NCBI GenBank assembly: GCA_963835065.1 | Contig: CAWIEK010000044.1 | Location: 192,001 to 256,000, forward strand | Length of the DNA: 64,000 nucleotides | Direction of reading: 5' to 3' | From: an uncultured Chthonomonadaceae bacterium | GTDB lineage: Bacteria; Armatimonadota; Chthonomonadetes; Chthonomonadales; Chthonomonadaceae | Made by a program: the position numbers and the translations under genes | Notes under the pieces: generated by a model | What the model was told of the DNA's origin: nothing | Database searches by the model: none | The model's input: only the letters and a program-made list of their open reading frames with translations | Shown here: in pieces, positions 1 to 10,299 of the stretch | How the letters are laid out: each line of letters begins with the position of its first letter | Numbering within the stretch: the stretch's first letter is position 1

Positions 1-302
1 TCAACCAGAAGGCGCGCATGAAGATCATGACCACCCTGCTGGCGCTTGGCGAGGCGGATTTCAAACTGCTCAAGGAAGAACTGGCGCTTTCCGACGGCAA
101 CCTCAGCACGCATCTGGCCCTGCTGGAAGAGCGCGGCTATGTGGAAGCGCATAAAGAGTTCGTGCGCCGCAAGCCCCACTCGTCCTACAAGCCGACAGAA
201 GCCGGACGCGCGGCCTTTCAGCGTTACATAGATGCCCTGATGCGGATTGTGCGCGCGGCAGGCACAGTAGAATCCTCCACAGCAAAGGAAATCACAGAAT
301 GA
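1..302 (+). CDS. Winged-helix transcriptional regulator (HTH_34/MarR-like), probably 5'-truncated by the window edge
   Basis: DFKLLKEELALSDGNLSTHLALLEERGYV...YKPTEAGRAAF motif; frame is open upstream of the ATG at 18. Confidence 0.85.
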   Translation, partial: NQKARMKIMTTLLALGEADFKLLKEELALSDGNLSTHLALLEERGYVEAHKEFVRRKPHSSYKPTEAGRAAFQRYIDALMRIVRAAGTVESSTAKEITE

Positions 303-556
303 ACCAACGATATACGCCCTTGCAATCCTGGGAGCGCGCGGCTCTCGACTTTTATGCGCGGCAGAACCATTTTCCGACGCCTTTGGAAAGCGCGTTCTGG
401 CATACGTATGGCGCGCTGCTGCGCGGCGCGCTTGCTATTGAGGATTGCGCGCGGCTGTCATTTTTAAGCGTTGCGCCGGGACGAAGTTGCCATACGGTGT
501 CCGCCATTCCCGCCGTAAAGATTGAAAACCGGCTGTACAGCCTCTTTGCAGAGTAA
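299..556 (+). CDS. Small hypothetical protein
   Basis: ATGA overlap with the upstream regulator; no recognisable motif. Confidence 0.4.
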   Translation: MNQRYTPLQSWERAALDFYARQNHFPTPLESAFWHTYGALLRGALAIEDCARLSFLSVAPGRSCHTVSAIPAVKIENRLYSLFAE

Positions 557-619
557 AGGCTTTGAGGTCAAACGCAACCCTATTGTCGCAAATCGGTTGC
601 CTTTGTTATGGGCAGAACC

Positions 620-659
620 AAAAGGCGGGCATGAGACATCAATCTCATGCCCGCCTTTT
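620..659. terminator. Bidirectional rho-independent terminator
   Basis: Perfect 17-bp stem AAAAGGCGGGCATGAGA/TCTCATGCCCGCCTTTT between convergent genes. Confidence 0.85.
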
Positions 660-689
660 ATGCTGCTTTAGTTTACCAGCAATGAAGAG

Positions 690-2117
690 TTATCTGCCGC
701 CGAGCAGATCGCGCAGGCGACGCAGGACTGCGCCATTGCCCGCTTTCTGGCGATTGCCGAAGTCTGGCATTCCTTCCGCCGGTTTGCCCTGCGTGAGATG
801 TTCCGCGTCCACCGTGTAGCCGATAAAGGCAATGCACATTTCGTCCGTCGTTTGCTCGCCCCAATGCACCAGTTGTGGCGGGCTGTTGGGATTGCGCGGA
901 TTGCCCGTCGAGTTGTCGTAATGCGCCAGCAGGCTGACTTGGGAGCCTTTCGGCAGTGCAATCGGCTGCTTGAACTGATACGTCGTTTGCCAGTTGAAAT
1001 CCCAATCCGGCACGTTGACCAGCGTTTGCTTTGCGCCGTCCGGCAAGGTGGCGCGTACTTCCATGGAGCGGCCAACAAGGTGCATGTGCGGCATGACATC
1101 CAGAACGGTAATATCCTGTGGGATGTTGCGCTCCTTGCTGAGGGTATAATTGGCGTCGCCCGGCGGAATGAACAACCTCGCGTTGATAAGCGGCAGGACG
1201 CGCAGGCGCTTATCTACGGGCTTTTTGCAGAAATACAGGCCGATGCGCGTTTTGTCCTGCTCCGGCTTGCCGTCCCTGTGGTAGTGGACTTGCAGCACAA
1301 TGTCCGCGCCCTTTGGCAGCAGGGTTCCCACGCCATCGGGCAGGCGGTGCGGCATGTTGCCCGGCGCCCAACCGCCAAGCGACCCGGCGGGGAGGATGCC
1401 GATGCCGCCATGCGAGGTGTAGCCGGGGCCAGGGTCCTGGGCGTCAAGTTCGCGCGCTTTGCCGCTGGTGTCCAGATATGCGATCACGTGATGCACGATC
1501 TTGCTGTTGCCGGGACGCACTTCGATAGCGGACACATAGCGGTCTTCGCTGTAATTGGTGGGAAGCACGTAGCAGCGGTACACATCGCTGCCTTCCGCTC
1601 CAAGGGTATACGCTTCCTCCGGCTCCCGAATAAGATCGGGCTGTCCGAGAGTCCAGCCTGCCGTAAACTTCGGCGGCGCGGGCGCTTGCGCCAGATTGCC
1701 CGATTTCGCGCCCTCGTCCGCCCATTGCGTCAAAAGCCCGATCTGTTCGAGTGTTAGATGCCGCGCATCGTAAAAGGCGGCGGGCGCGGGTTCGCTGGCT
1801 TTCCAGGGCGGCATGTAATGCGACTGCGTCACCGTGGCAATCTGTTTGGCGCGCTTTTTCACGTCCTCGTAGGTGAGCAGCGAGAACGGGGCCACTTCGC
1901 CGGGGCGATGGCAGCTCGCGCAATTGGCGTTAATCAGGGGCGCGATGTCATGCGCAAACGTGAGCGCGCCTTTGGGACGGGGCACATACGCCGCTTCTTT
2001 CGGCGCGTCCGGGCTGATTCCCGCGCGAGCGGCAGGAACGCTATGCCTCCACAATCCGCCCGCCAGTCCGGCCAGGCTCAAAAGCGTCAACAGCAGCGCA
2101 GGTTTGTTCAGGGACAT
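690..2117 (-). CDS. Secreted cytochrome c / copper type II (PHM-like) monooxygenase-domain protein
   Basis: Signal peptide, CASCH heme motif, VHHV, HYH, PHMH and DEMC copper-ligand motifs. Confidence 0.85.
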   Translation of the reverse strand: MSLNKPALLLTLLSLAGLAGGLWRHSVPAARAGISPDAPKEAAYVPRPKGALTFAHDIAPLINANCASCHRPGEVAPFSLLTYEDVKKRAKQIATVTQSHYMPPWKASEPAPAAFYDARHLTLEQIGLLTQWADEGAKSGNLAQAPAPPKFTAGWTLGQPDLIREPEEAYTLGAEGSDVYRCYVLPTNYSEDRYVSAIEVRPGNSKIVHHVIAYLDTSGKARELDAQDPGPGYTSHGGIGILPAGSLGGWAPGNMPHRLPDGVGTLLPKGADIVLQVHYHRDGKPEQDKTRIGLYFCKKPVDKRLRVLPLINARLFIPPGDANYTLSKERNIPQDITVLDVMPHMHLVGRSMEVRATLPDGAKQTLVNVPDWDFNWQTTYQFKQPIALPKGSQVSLLAHYDNSTGNPRNPNSPPQLVHWGEQTTDEMCIAFIGYTVDAEHLTQGKPAEGMPDFGNRQKAGNGAVLRRLRDLLGGR

Positions 2118-2202
2118 GGGAAACTCCGAGTAAGGGAACAGGGAACAGAAAGACAGAAGGAGCGGATGTCCTATCAACTATCAACTAAAGATACCTTACC
2201 CC

Positions 2203-2841
2203 TTACTTCATCGGTGGCAGGAAACAGCCGATAGCGCGCCCGGCAGCCGGTGGCGCGGGCTTGCCGAGCGCAATGGCGTCAAGGGCGGCGCGCAGGTCAT
2301 GGGTGGTCGGCTGCGCGCGGGCTTTGCCGAAGTCTACGTAGCGGTCATCAATGCGGCCCCGGTACAGCACTTTGCCGCCCGCGCCGACAATCGCGGCTTC
2401 CGGCGTCACGGTTGCGCCTGTGTATTTTGCAAGCGCCTGCGCGTGATCCAGCAAGGCCGGGAAGGTATAGCCATAATCGCGGGCGTGTTGTTTTGCCGCC
2501 TTCAGGGTCAGCGCGGGGTCTACGTACACGAGGTAAAATGCGAATTTCGGGCCGGCATACGCTTTTTGAATACGCTGAATTTCGGGGGCGTAGCTGTTGG
2601 CAATCGGGCAGTCGTTGGTGATGAACAGCAGCACGGCAGCGCGGTTGCTGGTGGCGGCAAGGGGCGTTTGGTCACGCCCTTCCAGATCGCGCGCATGAAT
2701 CGCCTGCGGCACGACGCGGTTCACTTTCGACGTGGGTGCGCTCTTGTCCCGTTCGCCACTGCAAGGCAGCGCCAAACTGCAAATCAGCAACCCACACACG
2801 CCATTTAGCGCTATTTTGCTGCCGTTTCCAGGCAATGCCAT
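2203..2841 (-). CDS. Redoxin (AhpC/TSA-like) domain protein
   Basis: ITNDCPIANSY, ATVTPEA, YRGRIDD and AIGC motifs; RBS before the ATG at 2841. Confidence 0.85.
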   Translation of the reverse strand: MALPGNGSKIALNGVCGLLICSLALPCSGERDKSAPTSKVNRVVPQAIHARDLEGRDQTPLAATSNRAAVLLFITNDCPIANSYAPEIQRIQKAYAGPKFAFYLVYVDPALTLKAAKQHARDYGYTFPALLDHAQALAKYTGATVTPEAAIVGAGGKVLYRGRIDDRYVDFGKARAQPTTHDLRAALDAIALGKPAPPAAGRAIGCFLPPMK

Positions 2842-2893
2842 CTTTCTCTCCACGCCCACTATCGGGGTACATTTCAAATTCGGTGTGTCGCGC

Positions 2894-2922
2894 GTGGCCG
2901 GGGATTTTCCATCCCCGGCCAC
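2894..2922. repeat. REP-like palindrome (CCGGGGAT...CCCCGG family)
   Basis: GTGGCCGGGGA/TCCCCGGCCAC stem; related copies at 5062-5085 and 35693-35713. Confidence 0.6.
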
Positions 2923-2944
2923 CGTAAATTGCTTGGAATATGAG

Positions 2945-3496
2945 TTACGCGAACAGGTCAAGGCCGTCGAGTTCGTCGTCGTCTTCCGTTTTCGCGCCGG
3001 CAGTGGTGACGGTTCCATTGCCGGGAGGCGTCGCGGCTCCGGTTTTGGGCGCAGTGGTCGCGGGCGGCGTGACGACCGGCGTTCCGGGCGTGGCGGCTGT
3101 GCCGGTTCCGGTTTTCATGGCGCGGCGCTGCGCAATCAACTGCTTGAGTTGCTTTTTCTGAGCCGGCATCAGGATGGCGATGACCTGCTTGCGCGTTGCT
3201 TTGCTGAGCGCTTTCTCCTGCGTTTTCTTGTCTGCGGCAGACAGCGAGGCGTTCTGCATGATGCTCATGCGCTGCTGCTGTGCGCCCGCCGCGATAGTCG
3301 CAACCTGTTTCTTCTGATCGGGCGTGAGGTTCAATTGTGACAGCAGTTGCGCGAACTCGCCCTGCTTCTTTGTGGCTGTCTGACGTGCCGCTTTGCGCCG
3401 CCCCTGCGCGCCTGCATCCTGCGGGTGCATTGTGACAGCGCCCGTCAAAATTAATCCACACACCGCCGCCGCGAAACCGATTTTCGTCGTCTTCAT
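2945..3496 (-). CDS. Secreted Spy/CpxP-like (LTXXQ) helical protein with Thr/Pro-rich tail
   Basis: Signal peptide; LNLTPDQKKQ and LMPAQKKQ motifs. Confidence 0.6.
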   Translation of the reverse strand: MKTTKIGFAAAVCGLILTGAVTMHPQDAGAQGRRKAARQTATKKQGEFAQLLSQLNLTPDQKKQVATIAAGAQQQRMSIMQNASLSAADKKTQEKALSKATRKQVIAILMPAQKKQLKQLIAQRRAMKTGTGTAATPGTPVVTPPATTAPKTGAATPPGNGTVTTAGAKTEDDDELDGLDLFA

Positions 3497-3634
3497 TGTT
3501 ATTGCTCCTGGTCAAGTTGTTACGAAACACGCTGAAAGCGTTGTCGGTTTCTTGACGCAGGAACAAACCAATAGTTCACTTCGCCCGAATTTTGCGACCC
3601 CAAATTGTTGTTTTTATTTCGGCGGCGCAGGCTG

Positions 3635-4828
3635 TTACTTCTGGCCGCCCGGCTTTTTAGGATCGGCCTGCGGCTTGCTGCCATCGGCAGGTTTGTCCGC
3701 TGGTTTGTCCGCTGGCTTATCGGCAGGCTTATCCGCTGGTTTGTTTGCGCTGTCAGGCGCAGCCGCATCCCCGCCCTTGAGATGATTTGCCAGCCAGTCT
3801 ACGGCGCGGGCGCGGATGGCAGTGGGCACGTCATGGCCGCCGTTGTACCAGACGATTTCTTTGGGCTGCGGCGCGGCCACTTGCAGCAGTTTGGCGGCGG
3901 GCGGCACAACCACCACATCTGTCAGCCCGTTGAACATGATGATGGGCTTGCCGCTGATGTGGCCGATGTACAGACTGGGGCAGACCTGCAAAATAGCCTG
4001 CCGGGTTTTATCATCGGGCGTGGCGTGGGCAATCGGCAGAAACGGGTCGCCGCCCACGCACAGCGCAAACGCGCTGATCCGGTCATCTACCGCGCCTAAA
4101 ATGGAACCCGTAATGGAACCCATGCTGTAACCGAGCAGGCCGATATGCTGCATATCCACGTCGGTACGGGTGGCAAGATAGTCTAAGGCACGGCGATAAT
4201 TGCGCCCGCCCTCATGCACGGCAACGGTAATCACCTGTTCCGTCCAGTATTTCTTGTTAGGCGATTGGCCCTGCCCATGTTCCGGCGCGTCAAGCGCGAG
4301 AATTGCGATGCCTTTGGCGAGCAGCGCCTCCCCGAACATCTTAATGGCAATCTCTTTGTTGTTGGTCAGGCCGTGCGGCAGAAGGGCGCAGGGATACGTT
4401 CCGTCGGCTTTGGGACGCATAAACGTGCCGACAACCGGCTTGCCGCCCGGCCCGGTAAACGTCAATTTGATGAGCAGCGCGTCGGCCTTGTAAAACGTTT
4501 CTTCCTTTACATCGGGCGCGCTGGCGTCATAATCGTAGGCGGCGCGCAGGGGTTCCCATCCCGGCGTAGCAAGCATTTTACTCGCCGCCGCTGTCGTGAC
4601 GCGAGCCGCTCTGCCCGCCGTCGCCGTGACCTTGCGCGCGGTTCTGCGCCCCGCATTGCCGGCTTTGGCCGCCACTTTATTAATAGTTTTGGCGACGGTG
4701 TTGGCGGCTTTCTTCGCCTGCGTTTGCGCCGATTGCCCGCCCGCCAAAGACACATTCATGCACAGCAAACCGGCACAGATTCTCATGCCGCTGACAAAAG
4801 ACCGTTTCATCGTGGTTTGTTCCTTCAT
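3635..4828 (-). CDS. Secreted alpha/beta hydrolase with C-terminal (KPAD)n repeats
   Basis: GYSMG nucleophile elbow, NGLTD Asp and GGHD His; signal peptide. Confidence 0.85.
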   Translation of the reverse strand: MKEQTTMKRSFVSGMRICAGLLCMNVSLAGGQSAQTQAKKAANTVAKTINKVAAKAGNAGRRTARKVTATAGRAARVTTAAASKMLATPGWEPLRAAYDYDASAPDVKEETFYKADALLIKLTFTGPGGKPVVGTFMRPKADGTYPCALLPHGLTNNKEIAIKMFGEALLAKGIAILALDAPEHGQGQSPNKKYWTEQVITVAVHEGGRNYRRALDYLATRTDVDMQHIGLLGYSMGSITGSILGAVDDRISAFALCVGGDPFLPIAHATPDDKTRQAILQVCPSLYIGHISGKPIIMFNGLTDVVVVPPAAKLLQVAAPQPKEIVWYNGGHDVPTAIRARAVDWLANHLKGGDAAAPDSANKPADKPADKPADKPADKPADGSKPQADPKKPGGQK

Positions 4829-5004
4829 GTCGGCGGAACTGCTGCCGATGGCGCGTTGTAGATTGGTATTCTTTATTACATGGTCGGCGGTAGAGAAAGA
4901 CTGTCACTGAAGCGCTTTTGTTCCTTTACATGCTTTTCTCATGCCTTTCTCGGCTGCGGTAGAGGCGGGCGGGAATGTTCAAATTCCTGTCTGCACAAAA
5001 CAAA

Positions 5005-5085
5005 TGTCCTGTGGACGCGCCTCCCTATAGAAGAGCGCGTCCACAGGACACTTATATTTTCCTGCCGGGGATTGCAAAGCCCCGG
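5005..5085. repeat. Bipartite REP-like element (16-bp perfect stem plus CCGGGG hairpin)
   Basis: TGTCCTGTGGACGCGC/GCGCGTCCACAGGACA, then CTGCCGGGGATTGCAAAGCCCCGG; same layout at 35634-35713. Confidence 0.7.
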
Positions 5086-5091
5086 TAACTC

Positions 5092-5131
5092 CTGTAGAAT
5101 GTTGAGTACATCTGTATTCAACATTCTACAG
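5092..5131. repeat. Long hairpin downstream of gyrA (terminator or REP-like)
   Basis: CTGTAGAATGTTGA/TCAACATTCTACAG perfect 14-bp stem. Confidence 0.6.
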
Positions 5132-5154
5132 AATACAGCCGACTACAGTATCCG

Positions 5155-8100
5155 CTACTTCGCCTTCTTGCCGTTGCCCGAAGCGCCGTTGGAACCGTCT
5201 TTGCCATTGCCGTTGGCGCTGCCGTTGGTCGGCTCAATGAGGACGTTTTGGACGTCATTGCCCGTTTGCGCGGCGGCGTTGACTTCCTGCTCTACCTCAT
5301 CGGTATCCACGAGCCGCTCGATGGTGCAGACCGTGTCGCCCTCATCCAGATTGATGAGTTTGACGCCCTGTGTGCTGCGCCCCGCCGCGCGAATGGTTTC
5401 CACTTCCATGCGAATGGTGATGCCTTTTTGGGTCAGCACCATCAGTTTGTCCGTAGGTTCCACAACCACCGCGTCCACAATCGGGCCGGTCTTGGTCGTG
5501 ACATTCATGGTTGTCACGCCCTTGCCGCCGCGCGTTTGCGCCCGGTAGGAGGCCAGGTCGGTGCGCTTGCCGAAGCCGTTTTCGCTGGCGACAAGCAGTT
5601 GACTGGTCGCGCTGACCACATCCATGCCGACAACCAGATCAATCGGCTTCTTTGTTTTCGGGTCGCGCAGGTCAATGCCCCGAACCCCGCCCGCCTGACG
5701 GCTGCGCTCCGGCACGTCTTCTTCCTTGAAGCGGATGGACATGCCCTTTTGCGTCACAAGCATCACTTCCTGCTTGCCGTCCGTATGCCGCACCCATTTC
5801 AGGTTGTCGCCTTCTTCCAGATCGAAGCAGTTCAGGCCATTGGCGCGCAGGTTGGCGAAATCGCTCAGGCTGGTGCGCTTCACTTCGCCATACTCCGTCG
5901 CCATGAACAGGAAGCCTTCGCCCTGCATGTCCTTCATCGGCAGAATGGCCGTTACCTGGTCGCCGCCTTCCAACTGAATGAAGTTGTTGATGTGCTGCCC
6001 CCGCGCCTGTCGGCTGGTTTGCGGCACTTCGTAGGCTTTCAGGCGGTACACGCGCCCCCGGTTCGTGAAGAACAGTATGTAGTGGGTCGTGGTCGCCGTG
6101 AACAGATGCGCAAGGCTGTCTTCTTCCTTCAGGTTGGCAACCGCCACGCCACGCCCGCCCCGCTTTTGGGTTCGGTACGTGTCCATCGGGACGCGCTTGA
6201 TGTAGCCGTCACGGGAAATGGTGACAAGCGTTTTTTCTTCGGGAACCAAATCCTCTTCGGTGATCTCGTCCGCTTCGAGGGGCAGGATGCGCGTGCGGCG
6301 CTCGTCGCCGTACTTGTCGCGCAGCCCTTTGAGTTCGTCCTTGATGAGTTTGACCACGCGGGCGGGCGTGACGAGAATGTCTTCCAATCGCGCGATTTCT
6401 TTCAGCAGGCCCTTGTACTCTTCCTCAAGTTTCTGGCTTTCCAGCTGCGCGATCTGGCGCAATTGCATGTTCAGAATGGCTTCGGCCTGTATCTGCGTCA
6501 GTCCGAACCGCGCCACCATTTCGGTTCGCGCCACTTCGCTGTTGGACGCCCGCCGGATAAGGGCGATGATTTCGTCCAGGAAGTTGAGCGCGATCTGCAA
6601 GCCTTCGCGGATGTGCGCGGCCTGCTTTGCGCGCTGCAATTCGTAGCGCGTCCGCCGAACGATCACTTCCTTGCGGTGCGTGATGTGCAGATTGATCACT
6701 TGCGCCAGGTTCAGCATTTTGGGCTGGCCGTTGACAAGCGCGAGCATGATGATGCCGAACGTTTGGCGCAGGGCCGTATGCTTGAGCAGGTAGTTGACAA
6801 TGCGCTTGGGCAGCACGTCGCGGCGCAATTCAATGACCATCCGCATCCCGTGCTTGTCGGAAAAGTCGTTGACGTCTGTGATGCCGTCAATCTTCTTTTC
6901 TTTGGCAAGCATGGCGATGTTTTTAATCAACTGCGCCTTGTTGACCTGATACGGCAGTTCGGTGACGACAATCGCGTTCTTGCCGCCATCCATCGGCTCA
7001 ATCTGCAATTGCGCCTGCATAATGACGCGCCCGCGTCCCGTGCGGTACGCTTCCTTCGCGCCCTTCGTGCCTAAAATCAGGCCGGCAGTGGGGAAGTCGG
7101 GCGCGGGCACGAACTTCATCAGGTCTTCCGGCGTGGCGTCGGGATGATCCAGCATGTACAGGGTCGCGTCGGCCACTTCGCGCAGGTTATGCGGCGGCAT
7201 GCTCGTGGACATGCCCACCGCGATGCCTTCGCCGCCGTTGCACAGGAAGTTGGGGAATTTGCCCGGCACGACCATCGGCTCCCGCTTGGACTGATCGTAG
7301 TTGGGCATGAAGTCTACGGTGTCGCGCTCAATGTCTTCCAGCATCTCCACCGCAAGCGGCGTCATGCGGCACTCCGTGTATCGGTAGGCGGCCGGCGGAT
7401 CGCCATCCACAGAGTTGTGAACGAACACGCCGTCAGCAAGCAGAAAGTTGTGATGCTCGTCTACAGTAATGTCGTACACGTCCGCCACTTCTTGCAGCCA
7501 TTCGATACTGCGTATCCGGTGGTTATAGTTGTGCGCCGCGCTTACCACTTCATCAGCGTTGTCGAAGCGGTTGAAGTTATATTGCTGAACAGTCGAGTCG
7601 TGAAACGCAGGAGCGAGGCCATGCGCGGCGTTGTAAGCGTCAGCGATGTGGTGAACAAACTCGTACCGCCCCGTCGAAGGCTGTTTCACGCGCAGATATT
7701 CGTTCATTCCCGCTTTAACCGGAGCCGTATCGAAGTAACCCGGCATCAGGCTGTCGTGGGGCGTCAAAAACTGCGCTTCTTTGTACGAGCCATCGCGCAG
7801 CATGAAGCGGTGGTCGGGCGTACAGCGGATTTCCGCGCCGTTGTCCAGCGTCACTTTGACAAGACCGGCGGCCTGGCGCGTGATGCGCGAATTGCGGCCT
7901 TTGCCAACAACAATGTCGCCTTTGCTGTCAACCGAGTAGACGAAGAAGACTTCCTGTGGATCAAGCTGCGCCAGTTCCGCAAAACTTTTTTCGGTTCCGT
8001 CCAACAGTTTGATCTTGGTGTCGCCGGTGAAACAGCCCCAGTTTCCCTGCGGGTCAATGAGGGGATAGCGGAGGCTGAAATCCTGCGCCATGCGAACCAT

Positions 8101-8424
8101 CGTGCCGTAGATAGCGCTGTCGCCGTGCGGGTGATACGAGCCCATAGCGGTGCCGACGACCTGCGCGGACTTGACGCGGGCGCTTCCCGGTCCCAAACCT
8201 AAGTCGCGCATGGTAGTCAGGATGCGGCGCTGTACGGGCTTGAAGCCGTCGCGCACATCGGGCAGGGCGCGCGAAATCAGCGTGGAAACGGCGTAGCCCA
8301 GATACGAGCGGCGCAATTCCAGTTCGATGTCTATGAGCATCGAGCCGCCCGCGCCGTCGCTGCTGCCGTCGCCGGGGGCGCGGCCTGTGGTGGGCGGTTC
8401 GGGTGGAAGATTGGTATCTGCCAA
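5155..8424 (-). CDS. gyrA: DNA gyrase subunit A, intein-containing
   Basis: [29 protein letters not shown] catalytic Tyr, GyrA-box QKRGGRG and C-terminal pinwheel repeats; TTG start after AGGAG. Confidence 0.98.
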   Translation of the reverse strand: MADTNLPPEPPTTGRAPGDGSSDGAGGSMLIDIELELRRSYLGYAVSTLISRALPDVRDGFKPVQRRILTTMRDLGLGPGSARVKSAQVVGTAMGSYHPHGDSAIYGTMVRMAQDFSLRYPLIDPQGNWGCFTGDTKIKLLDGTEKSFAELAQLDPQEVFFVYSVDSKGDIVVGKGRNSRITRQAAGLVKVTLDNGAEIRCTPDHRFMLRDGSYKEAQFLTPHDSLMPGYFDTAPVKAGMNEYLRVKQPSTGRYEFVHHIADAYNAAHGLAPAFHDSTVQQYNFNRFDNADEVVSAAHNYNHRIRSIEWLQEVADVYDITVDEHHNFLLADGVFVHNSVDGDPPAAYRYTECRMTPLAVEMLEDIERDTVDFMPNYDQSKREPMVVPGKFPNFLCNGGEGIAVGMSTSMPPHNLREVADATLYMLDHPDATPEDLMKFVPAPDFPTAGLILGTKGAKEAYRTGRGRVIMQAQLQIEPMDGGKNAIVVTELPYQVNKAQLIKNIAMLAKEKKIDGITDVNDFSDKHGMRMVIELRRDVLPKRIVNYLLKHTALRQTFGIIMLALVNGQPKMLNLAQVINLHITHRKEVIVRRTRYELQRAKQAAHIREGLQIALNFLDEIIALIRRASNSEVARTEMVARFGLTQIQAEAILNMQLRQIAQLESQKLEEEYKGLLKEIARLEDILVTPARVVKLIKDELKGLRDKYGDERRTRILPLEADEITEEDLVPEEKTLVTISRDGYIKRVPMDTYRTQKRGGRGVAVANLKEEDSLAHLFTATTTHYILFFTNRGRVYRLKAYEVPQTSRQARGQHINNFIQLEGGDQVTAILPMKDMQGEGFLFMATEYGEVKRTSLSDFANLRANGLNCFDLEEGDNLKWVRHTDGKQEVMLVTQKGMSIRFKEEDVPERSRQAGGVRGIDLRDPKTKKPIDLVVGMDVVSATSQLLVASENGFGKRTDLASYRAQTRGGKGVTTMNVTTKTGPIVDAVVVEPTDKLMVLTQKGITIRMEVETIRAAGRSTQGVKLINLDEGDTVCTIERLVDTDEVEQEVNAAAQTGNDVQNVLIEPTNGSANGNGKDGSNGASGNGKKAK
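7414..8034 (-). mobile_element. Mini-intein (207 aa) in GyrA
   Basis: [10 protein letters not shown]...CTPDH...[12 protein letters not shown]...FVHN|SVDGD; removing it restores the conserved GN(F/W)GS(V/I)DGD. Confidence 0.95.
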
Positions 8425-8775
8425 CGGTTTCTCCTAAAAATAAACGCGCGCAGGCCGCGAAAACCGCGCCGCCTGCCGGGTGAAGAACCATCCTCAAAAC
8501 CATAAGGAACGCTGCGAAAAAGGATGGCAAATGGGGTTGTTTTATCTCGCAATAACTGCTATATTGTACCATTTACGTACAATTTTGTCAACGTCTGCAA
8601 GCCTTGAAATGAGATTGAAACCGATGTTTCAAGCCTTTCCTTGATGCTACTACGGGCAGGGTACCCGAAGTCGGAAACGAACGCGCAAACATCGTTCGGC
8701 GTGGCGCGTAATGGGAACAGAGCCGTTGGCGGAAACATCGGCAAAAGTGAAAAATACGTTGTGCAGGAGAAGTGA

Positions 8776-9285
8776 ATGACAAAGATTGTGCGGAAGACGG
8801 GCGAGGAAAGCGACTTGAAAATTGTCGTTCGCGCCCTTGCGCTCGGCGGGGTGGCGGGACTGCGGACAATGCTTGCGCCCGCGTTGTTCAGCAGCAAAAT
8901 GGCGCAAAAGAACCCGGACAGCGCGGCGGGCAAAATCGCCGAAGCGCTTGCCGAGCCGAAAGTCGCCATGACGCTGAAAGTATTGTCGGCGGGCGAACTG
9001 ATTGCGGACAAACTGCCCAAAACGCCGGATCGCATCGCGCCCCTGCCTCTGCTTGCCCGCGCCGTATCGGGGGCGCTTGTCGGCGGAGCCGTGTTCGGAA
9101 CCGCCAAGCGCCCCACATGGATCGGCGCGGCCTTGGGCGCGGCGGCAGCCATCGGCACGGCGTATGGCGGCTATCACCTGCGCAAAATGCTGGACAAGAA
9201 ACTGAACCTGCCCGATCCCGTCGTCGCGCTCGTGGAAGACGCCCTCGCGGTAAGTATTGGCGCGAGTGTACTGTCAGCAGAGTGA
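8776..9285 (+). CDS. DUF4126-like membrane protein
   Basis: GLRTM, GELIADKLPKTPDR and VALVED motifs; hydrophobic helices. Confidence 0.75.
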   Translation: MTKIVRKTGEESDLKIVVRALALGGVAGLRTMLAPALFSSKMAQKNPDSAAGKIAEALAEPKVAMTLKVLSAGELIADKLPKTPDRIAPLPLLARAVSGALVGGAVFGTAKRPTWIGAALGAAAAIGTAYGGYHLRKMLDKKLNLPDPVVALVEDALAVSIGASVLSAE

Positions 9286-9310
9286 AGACAAAGAGAAAAC
9301 AAGGAGTTGG

Positions 9311-9490
9311 GAACCGCGAAACACACGAAATAAACGAAAAAGAAACGAAAGGCAAAGAGGAAAGCATAAATAATGCCTGGGAAGCGCCTTCCAAACGGTC
9401 TTCTTCTCTTTGCCCGCTTTGCCTCTTTGCGGTTTTTTTTGTTCGTTTTGTTTTTCCTTTTTTCGTCTTGGTTCGCGTGTTTCGCGGTTC
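9311..9490. repeat. Purine-rich/pyrimidine-rich palindromic intergenic element
   Basis: Terminal IR GAACCGCGAAACAC/GTGTTTCGCGGTTC; same left arm recurs at about 47330. Confidence 0.75.
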
Positions 9491-9504
9491 CATTTTGGAG
9501 CGGT

Positions 9505-10299
9505 ATGGATGAAGTACGGGTTGGCAGTTGGCAGGAATTGAACGAGCATTTGTACGCGGGAGCGTGGCAGGAAGAGATGCGGCGGTTTCGGTCGCCGTTC
9601 GCGTTTCGGGGTATGTCGCATGTAGAGCGCGACCTGACTTCGAGTTTGATACGGCTCGGCGTCAGCTATGAGAAGCAGGAAGGGCACATGCTGCGCAATT
9701 TTCGCAAGTACGCCCGGCCCGCCAACATGCCTTCGGACTCCATCTGGAACTGGCTGGCGCTCGGACAGCATCACGGCCTGCCGACGCGCCTGCTGGATTG
9801 GACGTACTCGCCGTTTGTCGCCATGCACTTCGCCACCGATGAACTTGTCAACGCGCAGGCCGACAGCGTGATCTGGCGCATTGACTTTGTGAGCGCGAAC
9901 CACCTGCTGCCGGACGGCCTGAAAGCCATTCTGGAGGAAGAAGGCGCGGACGTGTTCACGGCGGAAATGCTGGACAAGGCCGGGACAACGCTTGGCGAGT
10001 TCGATGGATTGGCGGAAGAGCCGTTTCTGGCGTTCTTTGAGCCGCCGTCTTTTGACGGGCGTATCGTCAATCAATTTTCGCTGTTTTCGCTGATGTCGTC
10101 GCCAACCGCCAACCTGACGGATTGGATCGGGGCGCACCCCGATTTGTGCGGCAAAATCATCCTTCCCGCCGAAGTGAAGTGGGAAGTGCGCGACAAATTG
10201 GATCAGGCCAACATCACGGAGCGGGTTTTGTTTCCGGGTTTGGACGGCCTGAGCCGATGGCTGAAACGCTATTACACGCCTATGGAGCGCCTGCCGTAG
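9505..10299 (+). CDS. FRG domain protein
   Basis: FRG motif, QHHGLPTRLLDWT, RIVNQ and LFPGLDG. Confidence 0.92.
   Translation: MDEVRVGSWQELNEHLYAGAWQEEMRRFRSPFAFRGMSHVERDLTSSLIRLGVSYEKQEGHMLRNFRKYARPANMPSDSIWNWLALGQHHGLPTRLLDWTYSPFVAMHFATDELVNAQADSVIWRIDFVSANHLLPDGLKAILEEEGADVFTAEMLDKAGTTLGEFDGLAEEPFLAFFEPPSFDGRIVNQFSLFSLMSSPTANLTDWIGAHPDLCGKIILPAEVKWEVRDKLDQANITERVLFPGLDGLSRWLKRYYTPMERLP

Noticed and set aside
5155..8424. parC assignment
   Set aside because: GyrA-box QKRGGRG and a full C-terminal pinwheel are present
9505..10299. FRG gene as part of a defence island
   Set aside because: Neighbours are stress and membrane genes; no supporting context
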